This document shows positions 25,556 through 37,974 of a stretch of 64,000 nucleotides of DNA, piece after piece. The stretch is taken from the NCBI GenBank assembly GCA_965649825.1, contig OZ287698.1, forward strand, positions 573,949 to 637,948, written 5' to 3'. Under the pieces are notes generated by a model that saw only the letters and a program-made list of their open reading frames with translations, searched no databases and was not told where the DNA came from. This stretch comes from Penicillus capitatus (lineage: Eukaryota > Plantae > Chlorophyta). The translations under genes were made by a program, and so were the position numbers. Each line of letters begins with the position of its first letter. Position 1 is the first letter of the stretch.

Positions 25556-27256
25556 ATGGATCATCTGCAAGTCGGCAACGTTGTCCGCAAGCTCTGTCCG
25601 ACGATCGATGTGTCGGAATCGTCACTCACCAAATCCGGAGGGCTTTTGCGAGACGTCTTACGTCGAGTCATCAAAGTATCGACGCCTCTTCGCCGCAACC
25701 TCGGCACTGATGATATGCTACCGCGACCATGTATAGAATGCCCGTGTCTTGGCACGTCATGCAAAACGTGCAAGCATTACACAAGATGACATCAACCAAT
25801 CGTTGACCATCTTGGGCCACGAGGTGCTATGAAGCATCACACCATCGACCTTATGTGACGGATGTTGTATACTATAGCCTGTTTATGGATCACTCCGTTT
25901 CAAAGAGCAGCGTTTGGTTCCGTTGGAAGGGAAAGGCGTTTTCTTTGCGGAGGATATCGATGTCAGTGTGGCGGAGGTCATTGTCAAGGAATGTCGTTAG
26001 ATGTGTGTATGCGATTAAGGGAGGGTGTAGGTGAACAATGTCGTATTGGAATGTCCTCCAGCCGACATCCAGATTCACAGTCATTGGCTAGCGATCGAAG
26101 GCGTTCAGCCACACGTGCCCGAGAATGAGCCGATTGCGGTGGAGAGGCAACGGAGGAATGAGCCCAAACGGTCGACGAAACTGTCAAAGGAAACACTTCC
26201 CAACAAGAAGCGCAAGAGTCTGTGTCCTTGAAAGCCCACTCCTGCAAACGACCGTGTCATCACAGATCATGCAGAGACGGTTCAGCCGGTGACAGGTGGC
26301 ATGGTGCAAGGAGGTGTGGAATTGAGGCTACCCGTCGAACACGCTCTCACGGCAGAACAGCAGGCTTACTTCGAACAAGTGTCACGCACTCTTCTGCCTT
26401 GCTCTCGCACACGATCTGTCTTTCAGATTCGGCATCACGTCGAAAAGACTTCGACGTCAGCATCGGACGACGGTGCATCGGCAGAACAGGCCGAGAAGAG
26501 AATCGAGAATTTGAGTCATGATGCAGGTATGTATGGTTTAGACATCACGCAAAGATGCATGTATGACGATGGAGGTGTGGTGTCCAGCGCTGCAGCCCTT
26601 GGTGCCCTATCTGATTCGATTTGCGGCTCGGCAAATCTATGGAAGCATTCAGAATGTTCAGGCGCTTCGTTTTACGCTTCGCATTTTGCACAGCCTTGTG
26701 CGGAACAAACACATCGATCTGGAACTCTACTCGCATCATATCCTGCCCCTCATTCTCTCCTGTTTACTTTCGGAGAGTATCGGAGAGGCATCCACTCAGC
26801 ATCGATTGGGTAGGAGACACAGACATGAGAACGACGCACTGGATGGATGCATGACAGGAGAGGTGTGTAAATTGAGAGACGATGCAGCCACTGTTCTGGC
26901 ATGTGCTGTTGATACCTTTGACGATTCCGTAAGCAACGTCCAGTGCAGAATCTCACAGAAGCTGGCCGACTGTTTGGAACCCGATGCTGCGTTCATTGTC
27001 AAATACGGTGCGGTTACTGTCCGGTAGGCAGGCCTCTTGAGAGGAGGTGGTTTCAGGAGCCATCCGTGGTCTCGACGCGCTGGGCATGACAAAGGTGGAA
27101 GCTGTCGTGAAGTTGCTGCAGCTTTGTTTGAATCACATTGAAGAGAAGCTGGCAGAGACCTCCTCATCTTCCCTTATCTACCACCAAGTCATCCCCGTTC
27201 GCCGAAGAAATGATCATTTACTGTGGCGTCTCAGGGGAAGGCATGCGGAGCATTGA
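25556..27256 (+). CDS. TAF6: TFIID subunit 6
   Basis: Histone fold RHAKRASITQDDINQSL, HWLAIEGVQPHVPEN, HALTAEQQAYF, LQPLVPYL. The 3' end is approximate. Confidence 0.9.
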
Positions 27257-27434
27257 TCGAAGAGATCTTGGATCGGCCTCGACAAGAGAAAAGCGAAGAA
27301 CCCAGTCCATTCCAAAGTCCACTTCAGAAAAAGGCGAAACTCGACGATACATTTCTCTAGACATTCGAGAGCAGATGGCGTATGAACAAAGCGTTTCTTC
27401 AGACAAAGGCAGAGATCGTCGCTGTCTTCCATTG

Positions 27435-28909
27435 CTATCTCCGCTTTGTTTGTCGCACGATCTTCGATTTTCGTGGGTTCTTTGGTGGGCAAGATTTGTA
27501 CACGATCGGTCCTTCGTCGCCAACACTGTCTTCTCGCTTCGTGATCAACGCCATACGTTCTTTCCAGACCTGCTCGACGGCAGCAGTTGTCGGGTTGTTC
27601 GATTTGAAAGGAACGGCCTTTCCCAGAGCATCCAATTGCCGAACAGGTTTCTTAAACTGCGAACAAACGAACACACGCATTCAATCTCTTGCTTTTCCAT
27701 CCACAGCACACACCGTTGGATTCTCTAGTGGATCTTTTCTCTTGACGACCTGCGGAATGCGCAGCATCTCACGGACGAGAGGATTCTTAATGATGGTCGA
27801 TTGAACGAGGGAGAAGCCACTGGAAGTGATCCAATAGCAAAAGAGAGACGAAGGGAAACTAGCAGTGATGGGAATGAAGATGAGGGCCATGAATCTCATG
27901 ATGTTCTTCATGCGCTGCACCATGGCAGGATCGGCTCCCTGCATTCCATCGGCCGCACCCACTTCAATCGTGATCCAAAAGATCAGACTGTTTAACACCG
28001 GCAAGGCGTAGTACGGATCGGCCACTGTCAGATCTTTGAACCAAGCGAGGCCCTCGTAACACATCGATGGAACCTACGAGACACTGACAAGATGATAGGA
28101 CGCATCTGAAAGAGTACTTTGATCTCGGACAGTCCTCTCAGAGAAATGAAGAAGCTGACGAAGACAAAGCCGTTGGCAAAGAGAGGCATCATGCTCTTGA
28201 TAGGATTGCAGTTGTACTTGGCCCAGATCTTCTGTATCTCAGTCGTGTACCAGTAGCGTGCCTTGTCCACTTCCATCCCTACACGGATTGTATGACGCCT
28301 GTACAGAACCCGACAGAAAATGGGCCCTTTGCCTTGTGCCAGGTATTTTTGGAATGTGTCCTTCACTGCTTCCGTCTCGGGCATCGCATTCTACACTGAG
28401 AGCTGTCACATCGTTGTCTTCTCTGCATCAGGGAGAGGCAGCACCCACCGAGAGTCGAACAGAGTTCTTGATCTGGATGAGGGTGATCGGAAAGATCAGT
28501 ATACGAAAGGCCACCGTGATGAGAGAAATGGCCAACCACCTCCGAGGCGTCCCGTTAGATGTCCAGTACTTTAGACAATGGATGGGTCAGACCATGGACA
28601 TCCCGTTGAGGTATGTATCCAATCCAGCGACTGCTGGACACTGGCGATCCATGGCCAATGCTGACTGGTCTCTTGCACCAACGCGACCTTCTCCGCCATT
28701 TGTGCCAGATCACAGATCTGACTCGGATCGAACTCGAAACTCGCCACCGCTTCGGTCGACTCCTCATCCGGCGGTGCCTTCTTCTCCGTCCACAGTCCCC
28801 AATGCCAGCTCCGCTGCTGCACCGTCATGGCGGGGGACATGGTGGGCGACGTCTCCATCACCATCGATCCCAGACATCGGGTCAGTTGACGACACGAGCG
28901 TCGCCACAT
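27435..28909 (-). CDS. OXA1: Mitochondrial Oxa1/YidC membrane insertase
   Basis: Presequence, TGCPW|WLAI, CNPIKSMMP, GLAWFKDLTVADPYYALP, FCYWITSSGFSLVQ. Confidence 0.93.
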
Positions 28910-28968
28910 CGAATCAGGCGAATTTCACGGACCCTTGTACGACATTCTGTAACACATTGCACGGAGTC

Positions 28969-29897
28969 ATGGACACTGAGAGCTGTCCCGCGTCATCACG
29001 TTCCTTGCGCAAGATGCAGTCCTTTGAAATCGAGCCCTGTGCCAAAGCGCCGTCGAGGGAGGTCGACTACCTCTCGTGTTCGTACTACTGGGACGACGAC
29101 CCTTCAGCCTCGCCTCAATCGCGATGGAATCTGCTGCTGCGGCGTTTTCATTCGGAGACGTCCGTAACGGAGCGTTTGCGGGAAGTACAGCAGCAGTTCG
29201 AGTGTGACTTGGCTGAGGCACGCCTCGATGACGCTCAAGATTTGGAGATGCTCGATTTTATTCGTCTTGGCAACTGCGACCGAAATGGACGCGAGACGCT
29301 GCTGTTTATCGCAAAGCACATCCCAAATGACGTCATCCGTCTAGAACGCACCCAGAGGCATGCTATCTCACACTATTCTCACACTTAGATCTCTGTCTCA
29401 ACTGTCAGATTTATTATGCAGAAGATCGAATCGGTCGGGCACAAGTGCTATTCGATTCTCTACGTGCACACCGGATCGAACCTCTGGAATCACCACGTGG
29501 GTCTCCGGATCATGTGGAATCTCTTCAACAGGTGTCTCTTCTCACTCTTTTGAAATGTGTGAGCGATGCGTGGATGTGGGACGACAGGATTCCTCAGGAG
29601 TATCGGGAACGGTTGGAGAAGATCTATATCTTGCATCCGGACATGTATCTGCAAATCGCAATGTGCCTTGTTGTGCGCTGGTTTCTGCATACTTTCTGGG
29701 AAAAGGTGCATTATCTCAATCGCCTCGAAGATCTCCATTCCCTATTCCCTGCTCTCGTCTCTCAGCTCCCATCCTTCGTGAAAGAACACGATGCGGAACT
29801 GGAGGATCATCCCCTCATGGACTACGGCTTTTGTACCCTAAGCGAAGTCGATGCCGCAGTGCCAACCGCCTCTTCTGGACCCGCTTTCTACACCTAG
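28969..29897 (+). CDS. CRAL-TRIO/BCH (Sec14-like) domain protein
   Basis: DRNGRETLLFIAK, YRERLEKIYILHP, FWEKVHYLNRLEDL resemble the GDAP2/BNIP2-type CRAL-TRIO_2 domain. Confidence 0.7.
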
Positions 29898-30034
29898 AGA
29901 GCTTCTCGCTGCAGGCTCTCTCTTCCTTTTCCTTTCCTGTGATCCACAATGGCTCACGGCTTTTGGCTTCGTTGTACGATGAGAGGGTTTCTTTGTATTG
30001 CTGCGTTGCTCGGGAATCGTTATAGAGGTCTCTT

Positions 30035-30583
30035 ATGAAACACCGACTGCAAAACCAAGTTCCGATTCAGACAGAGGTTGAACGAATGCAATCCATGATT
30101 GGTATGATGCCGTCTCCCTATCCGATCATCACCTCCACGGGGAACACTTTTACCGGGCTCGCGCTGTCAAGTCAAGCGCACAGATCTCGATGGACTGTTG
30201 ACGGTGCACGTGATGGCGTATGTCGCATCTTGGCGGCTCGAAGACCGCCGCTTCCGCCAAGAAGACGTCGAGTGGCGCGTTATTTGCTCAATCTGCCGCG
30301 TCGATTCGACCTGTACTTTCGCGACCGCCCGGGGCGTCGTTGGATGTGGCGATTCAATACACTGGGTATGGGATTCCTCTCTGGAAATACCGTCAGTCTG
30401 ACATTTGGCACATTGGCGGTCAACGATGTCCTGGCAGCAATTATTACGGCGGTGTTCTATATGGTCGTCTCCGACATCTACTGGAGTGCCAAGCGCAAAA
30501 CGTATCGCCTGGAGCTGCTCAATATCTTTAAGAATGGCGTGGTCTTGGCTCTCCTAGCAGACGCATTTAAATTGGGCGGTTAG
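30035..30583 (+). CDS. Ycf20-like protein
   Basis: GFLSGNTVSLTFGTLAVNDVLAA and LLNIFKNGVVLALLADAFKLGG. Confidence 0.8.
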   Translation: MKHRLQNQVPIQTEVERMQSMIGMMPSPYPIITSTGNTFTGLALSSQAHRSRWTVDGARDGVCRILAARRPPLPPRRRRVARYLLNLPRRFDLYFRDRPGRRWMWRFNTLGMGFLSGNTVSLTFGTLAVNDVLAAIITAVFYMVVSDIYWSAKRKTYRLELLNIFKNGVVLALLADAFKLGG

Positions 30584-31383
30584 CACTAAGGACAATGACA
30601 CCCTGATTTGCACAAGGTTCCCTGCTGCGGCTGTCGCCGAGCTCGAATAAAATCAACAAACGAATAAAACATAGCCAACTGGTGGAACGGATTGTGAATA
30701 CAGTAATAAGTCGCACAGAGCATTGTCAATAGGGATCCAAGTCTTGACCATCTTCAGATAGACCCAGACGACTCAAAATGTATCCGGCAGGTAGTGGTGG
30801 GTACCTGACAACCCCTTGTGCCAGAAGTGCCGAACAGTGCTGGGAGACAGAGACAGAGAGAGGAGACATGTCAGGAGACGCTTGGGGCCGAACGAACGAA
30901 TACTAAAAAAGCTTCATCAGTCATGTCGTTGTTTGCCGATGTGTTGTTGGTGTTGTTGTATCAAAGGGAAAAGCACGGACCCACAGAAGTGCAGAGAAGG
31001 ATAGGGAAAAGAAACCCGATGTACACGACAGCTCATACATCTTCATGGACTTATTGATCGATCCATATCGAGAAAATCTCCCTTCGCCTGTCGCCCAAGA
31101 AAGCGCGTGTCTTATCTCCAATTGTTGGTTGGGAACTGCTTCGAAGCGAACATACATCTGACCCTGTCCAATCTAACTGACAAGTTATTCTACACAGCAG
31201 AGAGATGCAGCTGCTTCATCCGCGGAGCTTCCGATCGCAACGGCTGAAGCAGGACGGCACAAAGGAGAGTTTACTCTTCGGTGCACGTGGTGGTCTCTTC
31301 TGCATAATGGCGTTCACTTCATCGTCACCCATACTACCAGACATGACATAGGGACCCTCCATCGACCACCACCGTCTTTATGT

Positions 31384-32562
31384 TTACTTGTTGTTGCTTC
31401 GGTGTGTTCGGAAACCGGCAGCTTCTCTGGCAGATCCCAGAACGGCACGACTGCTGAGGTCGTAGGGCCTTTGTTGTACTTCAAGCGAATTCTGAACGAT
31501 GCACCAGTCAAAAACGTAGTCCCATGTGAACCCGCGCTTCATGAAGAGATCGCGAAATCTCTTGCGAAGTCCGCCGTAATCTGGCTTGTCTGTGAATTTG
31601 AGAGAGCGAATGTAGCGGAAGTAGAGAAGAAATTCACTCGGGCACCCTTGACAGAGTTTCTCGAGTGGTTGCCGGACTTTGGCATCCCGTATTTTCTCAT
31701 ACTTCTGTTTTTTGGTGGCGGCGCGTAGACCTTGCCATGGAAGAGAGCCTTTGAGAAAATACAACAGCACAAAGCCTAGACTTTCCAAATCGTCTCGGCG
31801 ACTCTGCTCACGACCTACACATATCACACAACGGCACTCAGTCTCAGCAAATGCATCCGATGCTACTCTGCCTAGATGTGCATTCACAGAGGCATAACGT
31901 GCTGTTCCAGTTAGGTTTTTATTTTCTGTATACGATATGTGTTGATAGGTTCTGGGATCTCTGAATTTTTTGGCCAGTCCAAAATCAATCATGTTGACTT
32001 GATTCGCCCGTTTTCCTGTTCCCATTAGGAAATTATCTGGCTTGATATCACGATGCAGGTAACTCCGCGAATGCAGATACTCAATCCTCGACAACTACAA
32101 CCATACACACACCCTCAGTACGACTGGCTGGCTGGCTGCGCTGTCAGTCAGGTATGGGAAGTGCACCATTTGATCTGCAATCATCAAGACCGTCTTGAGC
32201 GAAAACTTTCGATTGCAGAAATTAAACAGATTCTCCAAACTGGGCCCGAGCAAATCCATGACCATAACGTTGCTCTCTTTCGAGGTTCCGGTCCAGTGGA
32301 CTTCGGGAATGCCGACGCCTCCCTTTAGCAGCTTGTACAGTTTTGCTTCGAACATCAACTGTGGATGGCGAGTTTTGTTGCTCTCCATCTTGATGCCAAC
32401 CTCCTCCCCCGTTCTCAAACAGACACCTAGTGATTGGCAAGACGTATAGCACGGGCATGACGCGACAGCAGATGGATGACCAATATAAATCTCTCCAAAG
32501 GAGCCCCCTCCAATGCGCCGTCCCACACGGTACTTTCCCCCGACAGTCGAGTCGACCGCCAT
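31384..32562 (-). CDS. CK1: Casein kinase 1
   Basis: [42 protein letters not shown]. The C-terminus may extend with further exons toward ~31190. Confidence 0.97.
31815..31871 (-). other. GC-AG intron (57 nt)
   Basis: CTA G|gcagag...gtgtag|GT restores the canonical NAHLG[10 protein letters not shown]. Confidence 0.8.
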
Positions 32563-32825
32563 ATCACTCAGGATGTCAGCGAAGACGACGGGGTCGAAAC
32601 GAAATCCAGTCCGGAGATGCGAATGATTTCAAGGTTTGTCTCGTCCCAGGAGCGCAAGATATCTTCGAAAACAACAGCTGAATGCGAGCCGTTAAAGACC
32701 TCTTGACACAAAGAACTTGATGCGACGCTGGAGCCGTTGGCGAGTCGTTGAAAAGATTGGATTTCCTTGATGCATACATACACGTTCGTTCATTCGTTCG
32801 TACATTGTGTGTAGAAGTGCGCGCA

Positions 32826-33607
32826 ATGTCGATGGACGTATCAACGGGCACGACGATTTTTGCGTGTCGTTACGATGGCGGCGTGGTTATCGGGAGCGAC
32901 ACACGTATGTCGATCGGGGCCTATGTGGTAAACCGAGCCTGTGAGAAAGTGGTCGCACTGTATGATAACGTCTATCTCTGTCGCTGTGGTTCGGCAGCTG
33001 ATTGCCAAGCCGTTGCCGACTACGGTAATCGCAACAACACTCCACCCACACAAGAACATCTCCAAACAACAACGATGTGACAGTGCATTTCTACGTGGAG
33101 CAACATGCCATCGCCCTGGGTGAGATGCCCAGCGTCAAGACTGTCGCCAATCTCGTCCGATTGGTACCGTCTCCCCCTTCTGTCACGCAGAAGTGGGTAT
33201 GTTCGTGCGTCTCTGCATCGTAGATTGTCTATCGCAACAAGCATCTCATGAGCGGTATGATCGTGGCGGGATGGGACAAAGTGGCAGGAGGTCAGGTGTT
33301 CAGCGTGGCGATTGGCGGAACATTGGTTCCAGAGAAATGGCAGATCGATGGATCTGGCAGTTCTTACATCTGGGGCATCTGTGATGCCTTATACAAAGAT
33401 CCCATGACTCGCGAGGAGGCACAAGAGATGGCTTTGACAGCACTCTCCGCCGCCATGACACGCGACGTGGGATCGGGAGGCATGATTCGATTGGTGTCCG
33501 TCAATGCCGACGGGGCAGAACGGAGACTCATCGAAGCCAAAGAGCTGCCCGTTTATCCAGGAGAACTACCCATGCCAAACGCGGATATTCCTATGACGGA
33601 CGGATGA
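32826..33607 (+). CDS. PBA1: 20S proteasome beta-1 subunit (divergent)
   Basis: Propeptide STG|TTI, D17, K33, [14 protein letters not shown] and RDVGSGG; two GT-AG introns. Confidence 0.93.
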
Positions 33608-33822
33608 CCAGATCTCGATAGGGATCTGTCTCTCTCTAAAGACAATGCATAGGTTTTGCGTCATATACTCACGTATGTACGTACACACGCATACTCGAGT
33701 TCAATCAAATCTGAATCACGCAGATCTGTGTACGCACTCATTCTCTCACACACATGCACGAATAAGATAACATACGTCTGTCTCATCAGGGCACTTTATT
33801 TCAGCTGACGTTGCTTTATAGA

Positions 33823-35763
33823 TTACAGAACGAATTCAGGAAGGTCCTGTAGATAATCCTGCATGCCAGGTATGCGTTGGAGGCGTTTGACAAAGTCAAA
33901 TTGAGCAGGACTTGAGAGAAGAACGCGTCTCAAGTCATCTGGCATGGCAGAGAATACCAAAATGAATTCCTGTTCAGAAGCGGAGGGGACATCGTGCTCG
34001 TAGACACTGTCAGGCGAGATATCATGCATCTCGTTCATCAGCTCCGACTGCAGTCTTCTGAACTCTTCCACCAGTTTCACTTCGTCGGTACAGTCCCAGT
34101 ACCGACGCGATTCCGCAGCAGAGGGTGTCCGATCGTCGGCGACAGAGGGATGGAACGGGTGTTCCAGATCGCTCTTCTGTTTGGTGGATGTCAGGCCTAA
34201 ATCGGCAGCAATCATATGCTGCTGCCGTTCGAACCAGAGCTTGAAGTTTGGACTGTCCAGAAAGGCTCCATAGAAGGACTGCAACTCCGATGCAGAGCTG
34301 AAACGGTTTTTGAGCAGACTCGGAAAAGGCCATTCCAGAATGGAGGTCAAGAACTCGCTCCGATCGAACTCCGGCAGTCCTGATGCCTCGAGAGACAGCA
34401 GAGAGGAGGAGGATGTGCCGTTATCCATGTTTCGCAGATCCGATGCCTTGACTGGAACAAAGTATCCTCGAAAGGGCTCGAGGAAGGCAGCTGTCAACGT
34501 CGAAAAATGACGCCGTAGTACATCGGAGTGATGTGACGAGGCAGTGGAACGGAAACTGATCTCCCGACAGAGCTCGACATCTGGCTTGACCATGAGCTTC
34601 CCACTACTCCACAGGTTCTCCACGTGATGTGATAATAATACCTGTGCACCCAGCGATCTCGACTTGAAGTTCTGCAGCGCCGTCTTGGGACTAAAGCGCT
34701 TGAAACTTGGTTTCCCCATTGATAACGGCGCCGCCTGTTGAATGGGTTGCCGCTCTCCTATTGACAACAGATTTGGCCAAAACGGTAAGACTTTAATAAA
34801 ATAGAGATTTGTGACGCCCAGCAGGGTCGGCAATTGCTGGTTCCATTCCTGTGCCTCTTGCATCCCCTTTCCCTCTTGACTTCGCAGGAGTGATGCAAAT
34901 TCGGGATCATGTATCGTGAAGTATGGACGAAAGTCCGATGCGTAAGGGACAGGACTGATCAACGATATCAGTGCTGCCACTGCTGCCGAGCATTCCACTG
35001 GACTGGGTGCCACAATAACTAACGGCTGTCCCGTCAACGTGAGCTCCCATAGCGACCACAGTCTTGACAAGACATTCCGAAAAGGCGAATAGACGTCCAC
35101 TTCACTGAACAATGCATAAGCTGGCTCCAAAAGATCAATAGATGATCCAGCGGATCCTCCACTTCGATAACTCGACATCCGTCTCCGAACAATGGACCCA
35201 TGAGGCGGTGCCGGAGGAGGAAAGACGGTATAGGGTGGCAGAGCACAGCGGATCACATGTCCGGCCACCCGCAGCTGCATCCGACGAAAGAATTGCGGAA
35301 CTGGCCAGGCCAATAGCTGCTCGTAGACATGTTCGATCCCTTCCGTCCCTTCGGCAAAGTACACCGCGCCAAGGTATGTCGACAGAGGACGCAGGACGCC
35401 ACTGAATGGATAGGGTGTGACGACCACCACGGCCCGGCGGTCAACGCCGCGTACGAGACGTTCATCCTGTCGCTGTCGACAGAAGACGAATCCATAAAGA
35501 ATGCGTTTGCGTCGTGTGCGGAAGAAGAAGCAGCTATCACGTACAGAGGCACAGACACGGAGCTCCTGTGACATGGAATCAGGAAAAGTGTGGAAGGCGA
35601 CATCCGACTGCTCTTTGGCCGTCAGTGCGCCACTGGGCACGATATGTTCGACTCTCTGTCCGAGCTTTAAGTCGAATTCGACGGAACAGAGCGCCGTGAA
35701 CCAAGACGACGGATTCGGACGCATCATCAACGAAGGACAGTCGATCGTTTCAACGTTTTCCAT
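33823..35763 (-). CDS. DENND6: DENND6/FAM116-like DENN-domain protein, single exon
   Basis: VEFDLKLGQ, FPDSMS, YGFVFCRQRQD, DFRPYFTIHD, LLGVTNLYF. Confidence 0.88.
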   Translation of the reverse strand: MENVETIDCPSLMMRPNPSSWFTALCSVEFDLKLGQRVEHIVPSGALTAKEQSDVAFHTFPDSMSQELRVCASVRDSCFFFRTRRKRILYGFVFCRQRQDERLVRGVDRRAVVVVTPYPFSGVLRPLSTYLGAVYFAEGTEGIEHVYEQLLAWPVPQFFRRMQLRVAGHVIRCALPPYTVFPPPAPPHGSIVRRRMSSYRSGGSAGSSIDLLEPAYALFSEVDVYSPFRNVLSRLWSLWELTLTGQPLVIVAPSPVECSAAVAALISLISPVPYASDFRPYFTIHDPEFASLLRSQEGKGMQEAQEWNQQLPTLLGVTNLYFIKVLPFWPNLLSIGERQPIQQAAPLSMGKPSFKRFSPKTALQNFKSRSLGAQVLLSHHVENLWSSGKLMVKPDVELCREISFRSTASSHHSDVLRRHFSTLTAAFLEPFRGYFVPVKASDLRNMDNGTSSSSLLSLEASGLPEFDRSEFLTSILEWPFPSLLKNRFSSASELQSFYGAFLDSPNFKLWFERQQHMIAADLGLTSTKQKSDLEHPFHPSVADDRTPSAAESRRYWDCTDEVKLVEEFRRLQSELMNEMHDISPDSVYEHDVPSASEQEFILVFSAMPDDLRRVLLSSPAQFDFVKRLQRIPGMQDYLQDLPEFVL

Positions 35764-35776
35764 TTACACTTCAGTC

Positions 35777-37885
35777 ATGCAGTGCGCCGTCGATCACGCG
35801 TGGAGGATAACGGCGCGAACGGGATGGACAATGCGGCGCGGTGTCTTTGGCGGCCTCATGCGACATCGGTGGCGATATCGAAGGGGCATGGTCGTCCGAG
35901 GGCGACGGGAAACGTCGGGTCTCGAGGGCGTCTCGGAAAGGCTCTTTACCATTCAGGAACAGACAGCTTCTGTGGATTATCTTGGCGAGAGCACGGAGGG
36001 AGATTTACTGTTGGTGGATGCGCCGAGAACGGGAGGACTGATCGACGTCTTGGGATTGCAGTCTGTCGGAGACGTCGTCGACGCAGACGTCGAAAAACTC
36101 GCAGATAAAACCGACGTCTTCTTTCCATCTCACTCTTTTGACGCTACCTCATCGGCCTTTGATGCAGGAATGCTTGAAAGAATTGGGAATTGATTCGGCC
36201 TATCCAGACGACCGACTGGAACGTGGGATCTTCTGCACACGGACACTAAATCTGCGATCCGTCAAATGTATTGGTATGTTTGCACTAGAGAACAGAGGAG
36301 ATGCTGAACGTGTGATGTGACGTGGATGCTCAGGTTACGATATGGACTATACGTTAATTCATTACGATGTGAATGCCTGGGAGGGAAAGGCATTTGAGTA
36401 CGGGCTCAAAGACCTGGCAGATAAGGGCTTTCCGGTCGATGGCCTGTCGTTTGATCCATCTCTCGTCATCCGTGGACTGATTTTGGACAAGGAACTCGGA
36501 AACATTGTCAAAGTCGATCGGTTTGGGTAGGTAACAGTGTGAAGGGCGTTCGTCGCTGGATAGTGAGATGGGTGTTTCTCTTCAGGATCGTGCGAAGAGC
36601 GATGCATGGGACACGATCCATGTCGATCGGGGCAATTCGTGAAGTCTACGGCCGGGAAACGGTGAACTTGAGAAACGAAGATCGATACTATTTTCTCAAT
36701 ACCTTCTTTTCTGTGTCGGAAGCCAACATGTATCTACAAGTACCGTGCAATACCGCAGCACCTCACTCTTCTCACTCATTCTGATGCATCTGCTGTGTGT
36801 GCTCTATAGTTAGTGGACTATTTAGATGAAGGCAAGATTCGCAAAGAAGGTGGCATGTCTTACGGTCTGCTTTACAAAGAAGTGTCGAAGGCGCTTTTCC
36901 GCACCCATGTGGAAGGAATGCTGAAACGCGATATCATTAAGAGTCCAGAGGAGTTCGTCGAGATTGACCCTGCTCTTCCTGCCACGCTGCTTGACCAGCG
37001 AGCTGCCGGAAAGATCCTCCTGCTCATTACCAATTCAGATTTCGAATACACAGACAGAATGATGAGCTTTGCTTACGACCGTTATCTCCCGACGGGCTAC
37101 ACATGGAGAGATCTCTTCGAAATGGTCTGGTCGATGTTGCTATCGTCTAAGAGAGCGATGGCAACGGTGTCTAGGTCATTGTCCATGCCAGGAAGCCAGA
37201 TTTCTTCAGTCAGAAAAACTCTATGTACCAGATCGTCACCAAGGAAGGATTGATGAAGCCTGTCTTTCAAGCAGACAAGGGAGGTATCTACGCGGGAGGC
37301 AGTGCCTGGCAGGTGGAGAAAGCGATCGGCATTCAGGGCGATGATATTCTCTACGTCGGCGATCACATCTATACCGACGCGGGTGTGGCCAAAATGATGT
37401 TCCGGTGGCGAACCTGTCTCGTCATTCGAGAAATCGAAGAGGAGATCCGTGCCGTGGCCAAGGGCAGAGAAAGTAGACACAAGATCGTGGAGCTTATGCA
37501 CAAAAAGGATGTCATTGGTGATCTGTTCAATCACTTGAGGTTGGGATTTGAACCCATCAAAGGAAACGGCGTCACGCGTCGATGGATAAAAGACTCCGAG
37601 ACGATGAAACAGACGATGGCGCAGATTCTGCAACTGATGGTGAGACTGGATGACGAAATCTCGGCACGATTGGCACAAGACGGAAAAGATTTCAGCCAGA
37701 AATGGGGATACCTCTGCCGTGCTGGACTCCATGACAAATCTGCCCTATGCCGACAGATTGAAAAATGGGCAGATATCTACACCTCACGCGTTTCCAATTT
37801 TTATCGGTACACACCCTTTATGTACTTTCGCTCGTCTGCTCAGTCTCTTGCGCACGATCAAAATCTCGCAAAGAGACAGGTGTGA
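35777..37885 (+). CDS. HAD-superfamily IMP/GMP-type 5'-nucleotidase (5_nucleotid family), probably plastid-targeted
   Basis: GIFCTRTLNLR, G|YDMDYTL (DxDxT), LLITNSDF, YVGDHIYTD, WRTCLV. Confidence 0.93.
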
Positions 37886-37974
37886 TATTCAATGAGCTAC
37901 TATGTATGACGCGACGGACGTGTCAAGATGAAGATTGTTGTGCATCGCACGCCGTCTGTATCGACATCCTCGTT

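Noticed and set aside
28258-29388. 376-aa plus-strand ORF as one gene
   Set aside because: Its 5' half is antisense to OXA1; only the part from ATG 28969 is the CRAL-TRIO gene.
32568-32783. Regulatory uORF upstream of CK1
   Set aside because: No conservation or motif evidence, and it overlaps the likely promoter shared with PBA1.
33610-33820. snoRNA or other ncRNA between PBA1 and DENND6
   Set aside because: No C/D or H/ACA boxes with terminal stems; consistent with converging 3' UTRs.
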